A stretch of DNA of 64,000 bases, taken from positions 65,115 to 129,114 of the forward strand of contig JBFMCP010000003.1 of NCBI GenBank assembly GCA_040754455.1, written 5' to 3'. How positions within the stretch are numbered: the stretch's first letter is position 1; every line of letters starts with the position of its first letter. Under the pieces are notes generated by a model. The model saw only the letters and a program-made list of their open reading frames with translations, did not search any database and was not told where the DNA came from. The position numbers and the translations under genes were made by a program. This stretch comes from Nitrospirota bacterium. GTDB taxonomy: Bacteria; Nitrospirota; Thermodesulfovibrionia; Thermodesulfovibrionales; Dissulfurispiraceae. Below are positions 1 through 10,349 of this stretch, piece after piece.

Positions 1-507
1 ACTGAGGCCAATGCACAGGAGAAGTTCTATGCATTGAAAGACAACCGCACATCCACTTACAACATTAATGATCTTGAGAATATCACCACCGGCGTTTTCA
101 CTGCTCAGAAGCCCGGCTGGTATATCAACCTTTCGGGCTCCGGGGAAAAGATCCTCGGCGATCCGCTCGTATTCGGCGGGGTCGTTTATTTCACCACGTA
201 TACGCCGACGCAGAGCAACAACAATCCTTGCAGCCAGTCAGGCTCAGGCAGCCTCTATGGCGTTAAATATACTACCGGCAGTGGCGCTCTCGATGGGAAC
301 TCAAGAAACATGCAATTGGGCGCAGGGATCCCTTCCGCGCCGCTCATTTCACTAAAGCCGGGTGACGGCACTCCTGCAGCAGACCTCTATGTCACCGTGA
401 GCGGCGGCGCAGGAACTAATGCTTCTACGCAAAGAGTTCCTTTCAATCCTCCTTTCGTCATCAACAAAACAAATATGCTTTACTGGAAAGATAGGAGAGT
501 CCAATAG
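1..507 (+). CDS. PilY1/PilC type IV pilus adhesin, C-terminal part (5'-truncated by window)
   Basis: Frame open from base 1; GWYINL..GEKI..P.VFGGVVYFTTYTP..NPC..G.G.LY and the terminal YWKDRR motif resemble the PilY1 beta-propeller C-terminus. Confidence 0.8.
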   Translation, partial: TEANAQEKFYALKDNRTSTYNINDLENITTGVFTAQKPGWYINLSGSGEKILGDPLVFGGVVYFTTYTPTQSNNNPCSQSGSGSLYGVKYTTGSGALDGNSRNMQLGAGIPSAPLISLKPGDGTPAADLYVTVSGGAGTNASTQRVPFNPPFVINKTNMLYWKDRRVQ

Positions 508-524
508 CAGCGCCCAGCAAAGAA

Positions 525-560
525 AAGAAAGTGAGAGATCGTCCTTTCCCGAGGCGATCT
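525..560 (+). terminator. hairpin after pilY1, likely terminator
   Basis: GAGAGATCG...CGATCTCTC inverted repeat downstream of the stop codon; coordinates approximate. Confidence 0.4.
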
Positions 561-953
561 CTCTTCTATTGCGCCCTGGTGCTTGGTTCATTACTTTTTA
601 TTTTCCATGGCATCTCAGGAAAGCATGCGACACCACCAAGCAGAGAGCTTGCAGCCCGTCCGCTTACTCCACTCTAGCTGATCAACCATCCATCATCGCC
701 GCCTCAGAAGGTGGAGCATAACACTGCCACTATTTCTCTATCAAGCATCCTTTAGCTCCGTTTGCTCATGGAGTGAATCGTCCCTCTCATCCCCTGCTAA
801 ACCATGGTTTTTTTCAAATTCACTTGTGGTATACTAACCGTCAATATCCGCAGGAATACACCCTATATATACAGGTTGTAAGGTGTGAAGCGGCGCCGGA
901 CGGGCTTTTGCGCGATAATTGAGATTTTTTGAAGGAGGCTTCGAGGAGACGGT

Positions 954-3212
954 ATGAGGACAACACGCATCGTTTCATGTATTATTTTAGTAGTAGTAGC
1001 CGCCCTGCTGTTCGGGATTGCCCATTCCGAGGAACTCCCCATTGTCACCGCCCTTGAAGTAAAAGGCTTAAAGCGCATCGAAGAGGGGGCGCTCAAGCCC
1101 AAAATTTCCCAGAAGATCGGCGAGCCGCTCTCCAACGAGAGGGTCTCGGAAGACATAAAGGCAATATACCGTATGGGGTATTTTGACGACGTGAGAGTCG
1201 ACATCGATCCTTTCGAAGGAGGGCTTAAGGTCACCTATGTCGTCAAGGAGAAGCCGACGATTGTCAAAGTCGACTTTCAGGGGAACAAGAAGCTCGAAAC
1301 CGACAAGCTTAAGGAAAAGGCTACTCTCATCCCCGGAACCATTGCGGATGTAACGCTTATCAACGATAACGCCGCGAAGTTAAGGGCCTTTTATGAAGAC
1401 GAAGGCTACTATCTCGCCAGGATTGTGCCTGTCGTCAGAAGGCTGGACGAAGGTGAGGTCGCCGTTACCTACCAGATCGACGAGGGCGAAAAGGTAAAGA
1501 TCAAGAATATCCAGATCGAAGGCAACAAAGCGATCTCCGCAAAAAAAATAAAGAAAGCCATGAAGACGAAGGAACGAGGACTGCTCTCCTTTATCTTCGG
1601 CACCGGCTACTATAAAAAGGATGAAATGAGGGCCGACGTCGAGCGGATAAAAGACGTCTACTACAATGAGGGCTATATAAAAGTCGCCGTCGGAACCCCC
1701 AGGGTCCAGCTGACCCAGGACAAGAAGGGGATGAACATCACCATTCCCCTCTCCGAAGGTGATCAGTTCAAAGTATCCTCTATCGAGATTACCGGGAACA
1801 AGGTGTTTAAGGAAGAGGAACTGAAAAAGCTGCTCAAGGTCTCCCCTAATAAGGTATTCAGCAAAGAGGTCTTTACCAAGGATATCGCGGCCCTGACGGA
1901 CAAATATGCCAATAACGGCTATGCCCTGGTCACGATTGTCCCTGATCTTGTCCCCGATGAGCAGAAAAAAGAGACCAAGGTGGTGTACCAGATCAGCGAG
2001 GGCGACAAGTACAGGATCGGCCGTATCGAAATCTCGGGAAACACCAAGACGAGGGATAAGGTCATCCGGAGAGAGATACGGCTCGATGAAGGTGATACTT
2101 TTGATGCCTCAAAACTGAAACGGAGCTATGAAAGGATCAACAACCTTCAGTTCTTCGAAAACGTGGATATCGCACCGAAGCCGAAGCCTGAGGAAAAACT
2201 GGTTGACCTCGATGTAACAGTGAAAGAGAAGCCGACCGGCTTCCTGAGCGTCGGTGGAGGGTACAGCTCGGTAGATCAATTTGTTGCAATGGTAGATGTG
2301 ACTCAGGGCAATCTGTTCGGCAAGGGGCAGTATATAAAGCTGCGCGGAGAGCTCGGCGGCAAGAGCAGCTTCTATGAGCTCTCCTTCCGGGACCCCTGGT
2401 TCCTCGACAAACCCCTTTCTTTTGGCGCAAGCATCTACAAGACCGAAAGAGAATACGCCAACTTTGACAGAAAAGCGACCGGATTCGAGCTCTCTTTGGG
2501 AAAGAGCTTCTGGGAGTACTGGAGCGGCTCCGTGGCCTATAACTTCGAGAGGGCAACGGTCTTCAACATCGATGAAAACGCCTCTCAAACAATAAAAGAG
2601 CAGGAGGGGACGCGCACCACCAGCAGCGTCAGTTTTGCCCTGGCAAAAGACACGCGGGATAACTACCTCGATCCTTTACGCGGGTCGCGGAATGCGGGAT
2701 ACCTGACCTTCGCAGGACTGGGGGGCACCAACGCCTTCATTAAAATGCTCTATGATTCGAGCTGGTATTTCCCCATGTTTGATGTGACCACCATCCACCT
2801 GCGCGGCAGGCTCGGCTATTCGACCGGACTGTTCGGCAAAAGTCTACCGCTCTACGAGCGGTACTATGTCGGCGGCATCTATACCGTGCGAGGCCTCGGC
2901 TACGGAGAGGCTGGACCGAAAGACAAAAACAATGATGAACCCATCGGCGGCGAGAAGCAGCTGATCTTCAATGCCGAGTACATCTTCCCTATTGTTTCGG
3001 AATACAAATTCAAAGGCCTCGTCTTTTTCGATGCAGGCCGGGCATATGACAGGGGCGAGACCTTCGGCACCGATTTGCGGTATACCACAGGTCTCGGTAT
3101 CCGGTGGATATCGCCGATGGGTCCGATACGGATCGAGTGGGGCTATAATCTGAGCAAGAAAGAGGGCGAGTCGGGAAGTAAAGTTGAGTTTACCTTTGGA
3201 TCATTCTTTTAA
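954..3212 (+). CDS. bamA: outer membrane protein assembly factor BamA
   Basis: Signal peptide, POTRA repeats (GNTKTRDKVIRRE), VRG motif, C-terminal Phe; followed by skp-lpxD. Confidence 0.97.
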   Translation: MRTTRIVSCIILVVVAALLFGIAHSEELPIVTALEVKGLKRIEEGALKPKISQKIGEPLSNERVSEDIKAIYRMGYFDDVRVDIDPFEGGLKVTYVVKEKPTIVKVDFQGNKKLETDKLKEKATLIPGTIADVTLINDNAAKLRAFYEDEGYYLARIVPVVRRLDEGEVAVTYQIDEGEKVKIKNIQIEGNKAISAKKIKKAMKTKERGLLSFIFGTGYYKKDEMRADVERIKDVYYNEGYIKVAVGTPRVQLTQDKKGMNITIPLSEGDQFKVSSIEITGNKVFKEEELKKLLKVSPNKVFSKEVFTKDIAALTDKYANNGYALVTIVPDLVPDEQKKETKVVYQISEGDKYRIGRIEISGNTKTRDKVIRREIRLDEGDTFDASKLKRSYERINNLQFFENVDIAPKPKPEEKLVDLDVTVKEKPTGFLSVGGGYSSVDQFVAMVDVTQGNLFGKGQYIKLRGELGGKSSFYELSFRDPWFLDKPLSFGASIYKTEREYANFDRKATGFELSLGKSFWEYWSGSVAYNFERATVFNIDENASQTIKEQEGTRTTSSVSFALAKDTRDNYLDPLRGSRNAGYLTFAGLGGTNAFIKMLYDSSWYFPMFDVTTIHLRGRLGYSTGLFGKSLPLYERYYVGGIYTVRGLGYGEAGPKDKNNDEPIGGEKQLIFNAEYIFPIVSEYKFKGLVFFDAGRAYDRGETFGTDLRYTTGLGIRWISPMGPIRIEWGYNLSKKEGESGSKVEFTFGSFF

Positions 3213-3324
3213 AAACCCGTGTGTGTGAAAGATAACAGTAGCGGGTCCTCAGCGGTATCCCTTATAATACAGTGATGGGCATTTACTGCGCATTGTACGC
3301 TACGCATTATCAAGGAGGAGAGAA

Positions 3325-3870
3325 ATGAAGAAGACCATTGCACTTATCGTTGCGGGGCTTTGCCTTATGCTCGCCGGCGTGGTTTCCCCGCTGCAGGCTG
3401 AAACAAAAATAGGATTCGTCGACATCGACAAGGCCGCCAACGATTCCGAAGAGGGGAAAAAGGCGGTCGCCAGCCTGAAAGACTATATGACCGGCAAGCA
3501 ATCCCAGATCAATGAAAAAGGCAAGGCCATCGAGAAGATGAAGGCCGACCTCGAAAAGCAGGGCTCGGTGATATCGGCTGAAGCACGAAAATCGAAGATC
3601 GAAGAGATCGAACGGGCCGAACGGGACTTCCAGAGAATGCTCACCGACGTCAATCAGGAGCTCGAGAAAAAGCGCAGGGAGTTGACCGAATCGGTGTACA
3701 AGGAGATCATCAGAGTTATCGAACAGATAGGACAGGAGGGCAAGTATTCGGTCATATTGCCCAACCAGTCGCTCCTCTATGGCGACAAGACCCTCGACAT
3801 TACCAATGAAGTCATTCAGAAATACAATGAAATGAAGGCAGCCAAGGCTGCTACCCCCAAGAAAAAGTAA
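3325..3870 (+). CDS. skp: OmpH/Skp periplasmic chaperone
   Basis: Signal peptide, KIGFVD, coiled coil, DITNEVI; lies between bamA and lpxD. Confidence 0.92.
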   Translation: MKKTIALIVAGLCLMLAGVVSPLQAETKIGFVDIDKAANDSEEGKKAVASLKDYMTGKQSQINEKGKAIEKMKADLEKQGSVISAEARKSKIEEIERAERDFQRMLTDVNQELEKKRRELTESVYKEIIRVIEQIGQEGKYSVILPNQSLLYGDKTLDITNEVIQKYNEMKAAKAATPKKK

Positions 3871-3912
3871 TTTCCTGTAGGTAGCTCCGGCAGAGAGGAA
3901 TAAGCGCTACAC

Positions 3913-4935
3913 ATGAAGTTGCAGGCACTTGCAGAACTCCTTGGTGGTGAACTTCGCGGTAACGGTAACACCGAGATATGGGGCGTCTCCGGCGCATCGG
4001 ATGCGAAAGAGGGAGACATAACCTTTCTTGCGGGTATGAAGTGGCTCAAGGAGGTAAAAGGCAGCAGCGCCTCTGCAGTCCTCGTTAAGGAGTTTGTTGA
4101 TGAGATCGCAAAGCCACAGCTGAAAACAGGCAACCCACAGTATGCCTTTGCCAAACTGCTCTCCCATTTCTATGTCAGACCCCATCCCTGCAAAGGGATA
4201 AGCAGCAGGGCTTTTATCTCTGAAAAAGCGTCGATCGGACAGGATGTAACGATCTATGATTTCGCTTACATTGCGGACGGCGTGCGCATCGGGGCGAAGA
4301 GCGTTGTTTATCCCGGGGTCTTTATCGGCGAGGACAGCACGGTCGGAGAGGGATGTACGATTCATCCGAACACAACGATCCGCGAGAGGGTTACCATTGG
4401 GAGCAATGTAGTTATCCATTCAGGCGCCGTCATCGGTGCCGACGGCTTCGGCTACGTCTTCGAGGGCGGCGTGCACCACAAGATACCCCAGGTCGGAACA
4501 GTCGTCATCGAAGATGATGTGGAAATCGGCGCCGGCGTCACCATCGACAGGGCGACCACCGGTACTACCCGTATCGGTAGGGGTACGAAAATAGACAACC
4601 TCGTCCAGGTCGGGCACAACGTCCAAGTCGGCAGGAATGTTATATTAGTAGCTCAGATCGGCATCGGCGGAAGCTCGCATATCGGTGACCACACCATCAT
4701 CGGTGGGCAGGCGGGCATCGCAGACCATACTACTATTGCACCCGGCACCATGATCGGTGCGCAATCAGGAGTGCTCGGTGAGGTACAACGCGGCATCTAT
4801 TCCGGGTCTCCGATAATGCCCCACAGGGACTGGCTCAAGGCGAGCGCAGTGTTTGCCCGATTGCCGGAGCTGAAGAAAAAGATAGAGGAGCTCGAAAAGA
4901 GCATTCGCACCATACAATCTCCGGAGGAACAATGA
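3913..4935 (+). CDS. lpxD: UDP-3-O-acylglucosamine N-acyltransferase
   Basis: Hexapeptide repeats, [18 protein letters not shown]. Confidence 0.97.
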   Translation: MKLQALAELLGGELRGNGNTEIWGVSGASDAKEGDITFLAGMKWLKEVKGSSASAVLVKEFVDEIAKPQLKTGNPQYAFAKLLSHFYVRPHPCKGISSRAFISEKASIGQDVTIYDFAYIADGVRIGAKSVVYPGVFIGEDSTVGEGCTIHPNTTIRERVTIGSNVVIHSGAVIGADGFGYVFEGGVHHKIPQVGTVVIEDDVEIGAGVTIDRATTGTTRIGRGTKIDNLVQVGHNVQVGRNVILVAQIGIGGSSHIGDHTIIGGQAGIADHTTIAPGTMIGAQSGVLGEVQRGIYSGSPIMPHRDWLKASAVFARLPELKKKIEELEKSIRTIQSPEEQ

Positions 4936-5363
4936 TCGATATCAAAGAAATACAATCCATACTGCCGCACCGCTATCCCTTTCTGCTCGTCGATAAGGTC
5001 ATCGAATTGGAGCCGGGCGTAAAGGCAGTAGGGATCAAGAACGTTACTATCAACGAGCCGTTTTTTCAGGGCCATTTCCCAGGCAATCCCGTCATGCCGG
5101 GGGTGCTTATTATTGAAGCGCTGGCACAGGTTGCGGGAATCCTGGCATTCAAATCGGGCACACAGGGAAAGGCCGTGTATTTCATGAGCATCGACAAGGT
5201 AAAGTTCAGGAAGATTGTTGCTCCGGGTGACCAGTTAAGCCTTGTGGTCCAGGTGCTCCACAAACGGGGGAATGTCTGGAAATTCTCAGGCAATGCCTTT
5301 GCCGAAAGTAAATTGATGGCCGAGGCTGAATTCACCGCCATGGTCTCCAATAAAGACCTTTAG
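4932..5363 (+). CDS. fabZ: 3-hydroxyacyl-ACP dehydratase
   Basis: [29 protein letters not shown]. Confidence 0.98.
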   Translation: MIDIKEIQSILPHRYPFLLVDKVIELEPGVKAVGIKNVTINEPFFQGHFPGNPVMPGVLIIEALAQVAGILAFKSGTQGKAVYFMSIDKVKFRKIVAPGDQLSLVVQVLHKRGNVWKFSGNAFAESKLMAEAEFTAMVSNKDL

Positions 5364-5371
5364 GAGGAGCA

Positions 5372-6151
5372 ATGCCAAAAGATATCCACAAATCGGCAAT
5401 CGTCAGCTCCAAAGCAGAAATCGCGGACAATGTTGTCATAGGACCCTACTGCACCATCGGAGAGGGTGTCGTTATAAAAGAAGGGACCAAGCTCATCTCC
5501 AATGTCGTTGTCGAAGGGAACTCCGAGATCGGTGAGGAGTGCACGGTCTATCCCTTTGCGACCATCGGGCTTCCGCCACAGGATCTGAAATACAAGAATG
5601 AGAAGACCGGCGTGAAGATCGGGAAGAAGAACATCATCAGGGAATACGCCTCGATCCACAGGGCTTCCGTCGGCGGAAGCGGACTTACCGAGATCGGGAA
5701 TTCGAATTTTCTTATGGCTTATGTCCATGTTGCCCATGACTGCAAAATCGGCAATTCCAATATTATGGCAAATGCCGCAACCCTTGCCGGACATGTAAAA
5801 ATCCAGGACTTTACCGTAATCGGCGGTCTGGTGGCAATTCATCAATATACCCGTATCGGCTCCTATGCCATGGTGGGCGGCTTCAGCGGCATAGGGCAGG
5901 ACATCCCGCCGTATACCATGGCATCGGGCGCCCGGGCCAAGCTCTACGGGCTCAACTCCATCGGGCTCAAGCGACACGGCTTTTCCGATGAGACGATCAA
6001 TGTCCTGAAAAAAGCGTACAAGATCCTTTTCAGGGAAAAGAGGACGCTCAAAGAGGCCCTGAAGAAGATCAAGACAGACTTTCCCGATACGAAAGAGATC
6101 AAACACCTCATTGAATTCATCGAGGAAAATACCAGAGGAATATGCAGGTAA
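5372..6151 (+). CDS. lpxA: acyl-ACP--UDP-N-acetylglucosamine O-acyltransferase
   Basis: PQDLKY, HVAHDC, LAGHV, HQYTRIG, GLNSIGLKR. Confidence 0.97.
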   Translation: MPKDIHKSAIVSSKAEIADNVVIGPYCTIGEGVVIKEGTKLISNVVVEGNSEIGEECTVYPFATIGLPPQDLKYKNEKTGVKIGKKNIIREYASIHRASVGGSGLTEIGNSNFLMAYVHVAHDCKIGNSNIMANAATLAGHVKIQDFTVIGGLVAIHQYTRIGSYAMVGGFSGIGQDIPPYTMASGARAKLYGLNSIGLKRHGFSDETINVLKKAYKILFREKRTLKEALKKIKTDFPDTKEIKHLIEFIEENTRGICR

Positions 6152-6154
6152 CAT

Positions 6155-6232
6155 CAAAGAGCAAAGAGCAAAGAGCAAAATTATGGGATAAAAAACTCCT
6201 TAATTTTTCATTTTGCATTTTTCATTTTGCAT
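6155..6232. repeat. heptamer-periodic inverted-repeat hairpin
   Basis: (CAAAGAG)x3 CAAAA ... TTTTTCA TTTTGCA TTTTTCA TTTTGCA. Confidence 0.75.
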
Positions 6233-6233
6233 T

Positions 6234-7049
6234 ATGAAAATAATAGGTATCATTGCCGGCACCGGCGAACTCCCCATAATCATCGCCAAAGATGCGAAGA
6301 AGCGCGGCTACAGGGTTATCACCATAGCACTCGAGAACCTCGCTACGCCCGACATCGAAGAATGTTCGGACGAATTCCAGTGGATCAATGTGGGCAAGCT
6401 GGGAGAGCTGATCGACACCCTGAAGCGTTTCCAGGTGAAAGAGGCGATCATGGCAGGCAAAGTACCCAAATCTTTGCTCTATAAGTCAAAGATAACCCCT
6501 GACCTCAGGGCCATGAAGCTGCTCTTTACCCTCAAGGACAAAAGTGATGATGCCATCCTCAATGCCCTCACCAACGAGCTCGCAAAAGAGGGAATCGCGG
6601 TTGTCGACACAGCGAGTCTGAGCCCCAACCTGCTCACTCCTGAGGGTGTATTGACGGACGATGCCCCTTCCAAAGAGGAATGGAAAGATATCGAGTTCGG
6701 CTGGAAGATCGCAAAGGAGGTCGGCAGACTGGATATAGGACAGACCGTCGTCGTAAAGGGACAGGCGGTGATGGCGGTCGAGGCGATCGAAGGGACGGAT
6801 GAGGCGATTCTGCGGGGAGGCAAATGGGCGGGAGACGGCGCTGTCGTCGTCAAGGTGAGCAAGCCCCAGCAGGACATGCGGCTCGATGTCCCGGTGATCG
6901 GGCTGACAACCCTCGATTCCATGATCAAGGTCGCCGCCCGCGTCCTGGCAGTCGAAGCCCACAGGAGCATCATCGTGAACAGAGAGCAACTGGTCAAGGA
7001 GGCCGAAGAGGCCGGCATATCAATCGTAGGGTTTACAGGAAAGCGATAG
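6234..7049 (+). CDS. lpxI: UDP-2,3-diacylglucosamine diphosphatase LpxI
   Basis: IGIIAG.G.LP, LDIGQTVVV, AVEAIEGTD, KPQQDMRLDVP; ATG at 6234. Confidence 0.95.
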   Translation: MKIIGIIAGTGELPIIIAKDAKKRGYRVITIALENLATPDIEECSDEFQWINVGKLGELIDTLKRFQVKEAIMAGKVPKSLLYKSKITPDLRAMKLLFTLKDKSDDAILNALTNELAKEGIAVVDTASLSPNLLTPEGVLTDDAPSKEEWKDIEFGWKIAKEVGRLDIGQTVVVKGQAVMAVEAIEGTDEAILRGGKWAGDGAVVVKVSKPQQDMRLDVPVIGLTTLDSMIKVAARVLAVEAHRSIIVNREQLVKEAEEAGISIVGFTGKR

Positions 7050-7050
7050 C

Positions 7051-8058
7051 ATGGCGTACATTCCATTCATTAAAGATGGCATACGCACTGTCCACAAAAA
7101 CTGGCAGCTGATTTTCGTTCACCTGGTATCGCTGATCCTCAGTTGTATAAGCTTCTTTATCATCGTCGGCATCCCGATCGCCATCGCCTTTATCATGTTC
7201 GGCCTCGATCTTACCGAGATATTGCGGCTGAAAGACATCGTCAGCGCCTTTAAGGGATCCGCCGAGCTGCTGAACAAATACTTCGGAATGGCGCTGGTCG
7301 TCCTGCTCAGCCTCTTTATCTATCTTACCTGCATCCTCGTCCTCTGGATATTTACGCTCGGCGGGACGATCGGCATTCTCTCGAAGTCGATCACCAATCA
7401 GATCGAGCGCTTCAGCCTCTCCGCCTTTTTTGCCGAGGGCAAGGCCTTCTTTGTTCCTGCCTTTGCCTTTTCGAGCATCATCGGTATCATTTTCATAGTG
7501 CTCGCTTTTATTCTTGGCCTTATGGGGGGAGGGGCATCGGCTATTATAGAAACGGCAAAAGGGTATGAGGCAACGCTCGGGCTCTTCCTCGGAATCTTTT
7601 TCTCCCTTGCAATCCTCTCGATCGGGTTCCTTCTGATTCTCGTTACGCTTTCAGCAACGGTGTATGGAGCGGCGCACCTGGTATTCACCCGGTCGCGGGC
7701 ATGGGATGCGCTCAAGGAGAGTGTACGCTATCTCTATGCGCATCCTTCCTCTCTCTGCTTCTATGGGGGCCTTCTCCTCAGCTACATGCTGATCGGGTTT
7801 GTGGTGATCGTCATAGGCTCGCCGCTTGCGCTGATCCCGCTGATCGGCCCCATTCTCTCGATGCCTTACCAGCTTGTTTCATACATTATCCAGGGGTATG
7901 TCAGCCTGATCATGCTCGCTTCGGCATTTCAGTATTACTACAAGACCCGGCTCTCCCCGACGCCCCCTCAGTCCATTGCCGGTCCTGATACTTCTCCAGC
8001 AGAAGCCCCTGAGCAAGGGCCTGCTCCTGAGGAGACAGAGGAACATCAGCAAGGGTAA
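7051..8058 (+). CDS. multi-pass membrane protein, unknown function
   Basis: About 6 hydrophobic segments; starts 1 nt after the lpxI stop. Confidence 0.8.
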   Translation: MAYIPFIKDGIRTVHKNWQLIFVHLVSLILSCISFFIIVGIPIAIAFIMFGLDLTEILRLKDIVSAFKGSAELLNKYFGMALVVLLSLFIYLTCILVLWIFTLGGTIGILSKSITNQIERFSLSAFFAEGKAFFVPAFAFSSIIGIIFIVLAFILGLMGGGASAIIETAKGYEATLGLFLGIFFSLAILSIGFLLILVTLSATVYGAAHLVFTRSRAWDALKESVRYLYAHPSSLCFYGGLLLSYMLIGFVVIVIGSPLALIPLIGPILSMPYQLVSYIIQGYVSLIMLASAFQYYYKTRLSPTPPQSIAGPDTSPAEAPEQGPAPEETEEHQQG

Positions 8059-8782
8059 TACCAAAGGAGCGTTCGAAAGACCGCCTCAGGCATGCCTTGA
8101 ATTCTTCCTGATTAAAACCGGGAATTAATTCTTTGAGACCCACCATAGCGGACGGCCGTGACGCGTAATGCGTGACACGTGATGCGCTTTCGGAATTTAC
8201 TTTGCTCCTTACTTTGAATACTGCTTCAAGCTGCTCACAATCTATTGAATAGGGAATCGATCCCTGCTGGAGGAAGCCGTCCTGCCACCGTTTCTGTGCC
8301 GAGCCGATGAGTTTTTTCCCTTTCACGCTGATCTCGCCGAATGAGGTTGACTGGAAGCAGAGCGGACTGCGTGTCGGATTCCTCCCCGGTTCCCGCTCCC
8401 TCTTTACTTCCACTTCAAGGCCGAGCATTGAAAGAGCTGATGAAAACGCCTTGCTGATCTCGCGATAGGTATCGAGCAGCCCTCTCGAGAAGGGATACTC
8501 GTTTTTCGCCGAAAAGCTATAGGTGAGCTCATCGCCATGGAGAATCCCCCTGCCGCCGGTAGGCCTTCTCACAATCGGAATTCGGCAGAGGGTGCAATAG
8601 GGCACATTGATATCAGTAATCTTTTGAAAGGAGCCGAGGCTTACCGAGGGACGGCACCAGCCGTACAATCTCAAGGTAGGAGGAGCTTCACCTTTCCGTA
8701 CCGACAGGGCGATAGCCTCATCGAGCGCCATATTGCAGGCTGCATCACAAGGACCGGAATCGATAAAACGCCAGGTGATCAT
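7910..8782 (-). CDS. lipoate-protein ligase / octanoyltransferase (LplA/LipM family)
   Basis: NMALDEA, PTLRLYGW, VRRPTGGRGILH, GKKLIGSAQ, LQQGSI. Confidence 0.92.
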   Translation of the reverse strand: MITWRFIDSGPCDAACNMALDEAIALSVRKGEAPPTLRLYGWCRPSVSLGSFQKITDINVPYCTLCRIPIVRRPTGGRGILHGDELTYSFSAKNEYPFSRGLLDTYREISKAFSSALSMLGLEVEVKREREPGRNPTRSPLCFQSTSFGEISVKGKKLIGSAQKRWQDGFLQQGSIPYSIDCEQLEAVFKVRSKVNSESASRVTHYASRPSAMVGLKELIPGFNQEEFKACLRRSFERSFGITLADVPLSPQEQALAQGLLLEKYQDRQWTEGASGRAGSCSNTEMPKRA

Positions 8783-8788
8783 ACTGTT

Positions 8789-8872
8789 GAAATCCGAAAT
8801 CCTAAATTCGAAATTCTATGGTCATCTGCATTTTCGGTGCGTTTAGGCTTTAGTGCTTGGAATTTCGGGTTT
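8789..8872. repeat. heptamer-periodic inverted-repeat hairpin (GAAATYC type)
   Basis: GAAATCC GAAATCC TAAATTC GAAATTC ... GCTTTAG TGCTTGG AATTTCG GGTTT. Confidence 0.75.
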
Positions 8873-8877
8873 GCCTT

Positions 8878-10065
8878 TTACTCAAAGTCGGCGTACATCT
8901 CACCGAATTTTATGCCGCCGATGACCTTCTGCTGATACTTATCACTAAGGAGCCTTCTGCCCTCTTCAAGCTCATTCGATTTAATGCCGTTCTCCCGTGC
9001 AAGGTAGGTCTCGAGAAATGCCGCAAGGTCATCCGTTGCTTTTACGATCTCACCGTCTCTCGGATTGAATTCATCCCGGTTAAAGTCTCTGCTTATCTCA
9101 TCGGAGGTCTTCACAATTCTCTGCCCTTTCATCGTGATGAGGCCTGAAAACTCGTCCTCGGTAAACATCCTCATTTCCGCATGCCATTCCTTCGGCAGTA
9201 ATGCATAGACCTCCCGCTCCATCTGGTCCTTTTCGTACTCCTTGATCAGGACTTCAAGTCCCTCAACCGACCGCTTGACCGGCGAGATAATATCACGGGT
9301 CAGGACTTCGGGGAGGTCGTGAAAGAGACCGGTAAAATAGTTATTGATGCTCCGCCTGCTGCAGGCATTGAGCTCAAGGGAAAAGAGATAGGAGAGCACC
9401 GCCACAATAAGCATATGCCCGAGCACTGAGGTCCTCGGCACCCGGTGGATATGGCTCCACCGCAGCTGGAAGCGCAGCTGCCCGCAGAGGTCGACGAAAT
9501 TCCTGAGCTTTGAATAGAGCGCAAGCTGCTCTATTCCCTTCAGGCCGTAGTGCTTTTCCTGCTGGTTCTGGAGATTCTTTTTTATCTCCGGGATCTCGTA
9601 CCCATCGGGATTCGCCCGTTCAATAATATCGAATTCCCATTTCGTGGCATAGAAGTGGGCCGCTCTGAGGATCTGTCTATTTATCGTATCTTCCCTATCG
9701 GAAAAATACTCTCTAAAGCGCCTTGAAAAATCCTCGCCCAGAGAGGAGATAGAAGGGGCCAGACGCTTATAGACCCAGTCGTTCAATTGTTTGTACTTAT
9801 CCCTGTCCTCTTTGATTTTATAGAAGATCTGGGGCTTGAGGTCAGTGATGATGAGCCGCTGGAGAAACTCGAAAATGCCGCCTTCAATAACCTCTATCCA
9901 GTTGAACCCGGGCTGGTCTTCCTCAAACTTTCCGATGACATAGGCGATGATCATCTTATGGGCCTGCTTGTCCAGCTCCCGCAACTCAACGGGACGAATC
10001 TTGTCGTTCCACCGCTGCATATTGGCAGCATCGAAGATTTTTAAGAGCAACGCCTTTCTGATCAT
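8878..10065 (-). CDS. HD-domain phosphohydrolase (tandem YfbR-like domains)
   Basis: MQRWND..ELDKQAH, then RWS..SVLGH..FHDLPE..D; ATG 10065 preferred. Confidence 0.85.
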   Translation of the reverse strand: MIRKALLLKIFDAANMQRWNDKIRPVELRELDKQAHKMIIAYVIGKFEEDQPGFNWIEVIEGGIFEFLQRLIITDLKPQIFYKIKEDRDKYKQLNDWVYKRLAPSISSLGEDFSRRFREYFSDREDTINRQILRAAHFYATKWEFDIIERANPDGYEIPEIKKNLQNQQEKHYGLKGIEQLALYSKLRNFVDLCGQLRFQLRWSHIHRVPRTSVLGHMLIVAVLSYLFSLELNACSRRSINNYFTGLFHDLPEVLTRDIISPVKRSVEGLEVLIKEYEKDQMEREVYALLPKEWHAEMRMFTEDEFSGLITMKGQRIVKTSDEISRDFNRDEFNPRDGEIVKATDDLAAFLETYLARENGIKSNELEEGRRLLSDKYQQKVIGGIKFGEMYADFE

Positions 10066-10089
10066 AACAGTAATGATAAACGCCAAATC

Positions 10090-10161
10090 ATGAGCACGAA
10101 ACTCTAAACAAAATTTTGTATTTTGAACATTCGAATTTGTTTAGAATTTCGGATTTAGGAT
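10090..10161. repeat. heptamer-periodic hairpin (GAAATYC type)
   Basis: GAGCAC GAAACTC TAAACAA ... TTGTTTA GAATTTC GGATTTA GGA. Confidence 0.7.
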
Positions 10162-10349
10162 TTTTTCCCCTCCAGGATGATTCTGTGTCGTAAAAGCGAT
10201 ATTTCTTTGATTTGACCTTCAAAGGTCTTCTGTTCACCGAACAGATTCTTGAGGTAAATTTTGTTGCCTTCCGGCACCATTACATCAACATTCTCCAGAT
10301 AGAGATCCTCTTTGCCGTCTTTCAGAATATAGGCATTTGCTTCACACAT
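10155..10349 (-). CDS. CooT family nickel-binding protein
   Basis: MCEANAY...ENVD...LKNLFGEQK..I..ISLL.H.IIL. Confidence 0.85.
   Translation of the reverse strand: MCEANAYILKDGKEDLYLENVDVMVPEGNKIYLKNLFGEQKTFEGQIKEISLLRHRIILEGKKS

Noticed and set aside
590..830. Possible small gene or pseudogene between pilY1 and bamA
   Set aside because: The frames examined are interrupted by stops and resemble no family I recognise.
5360..6178. Long antisense ORFs (e.g. 5360-6178, 16430-17218, 23166-23975, 49112-49801)
   Set aside because: They shadow well-supported genes on the opposite strand and show no recognisable motifs.
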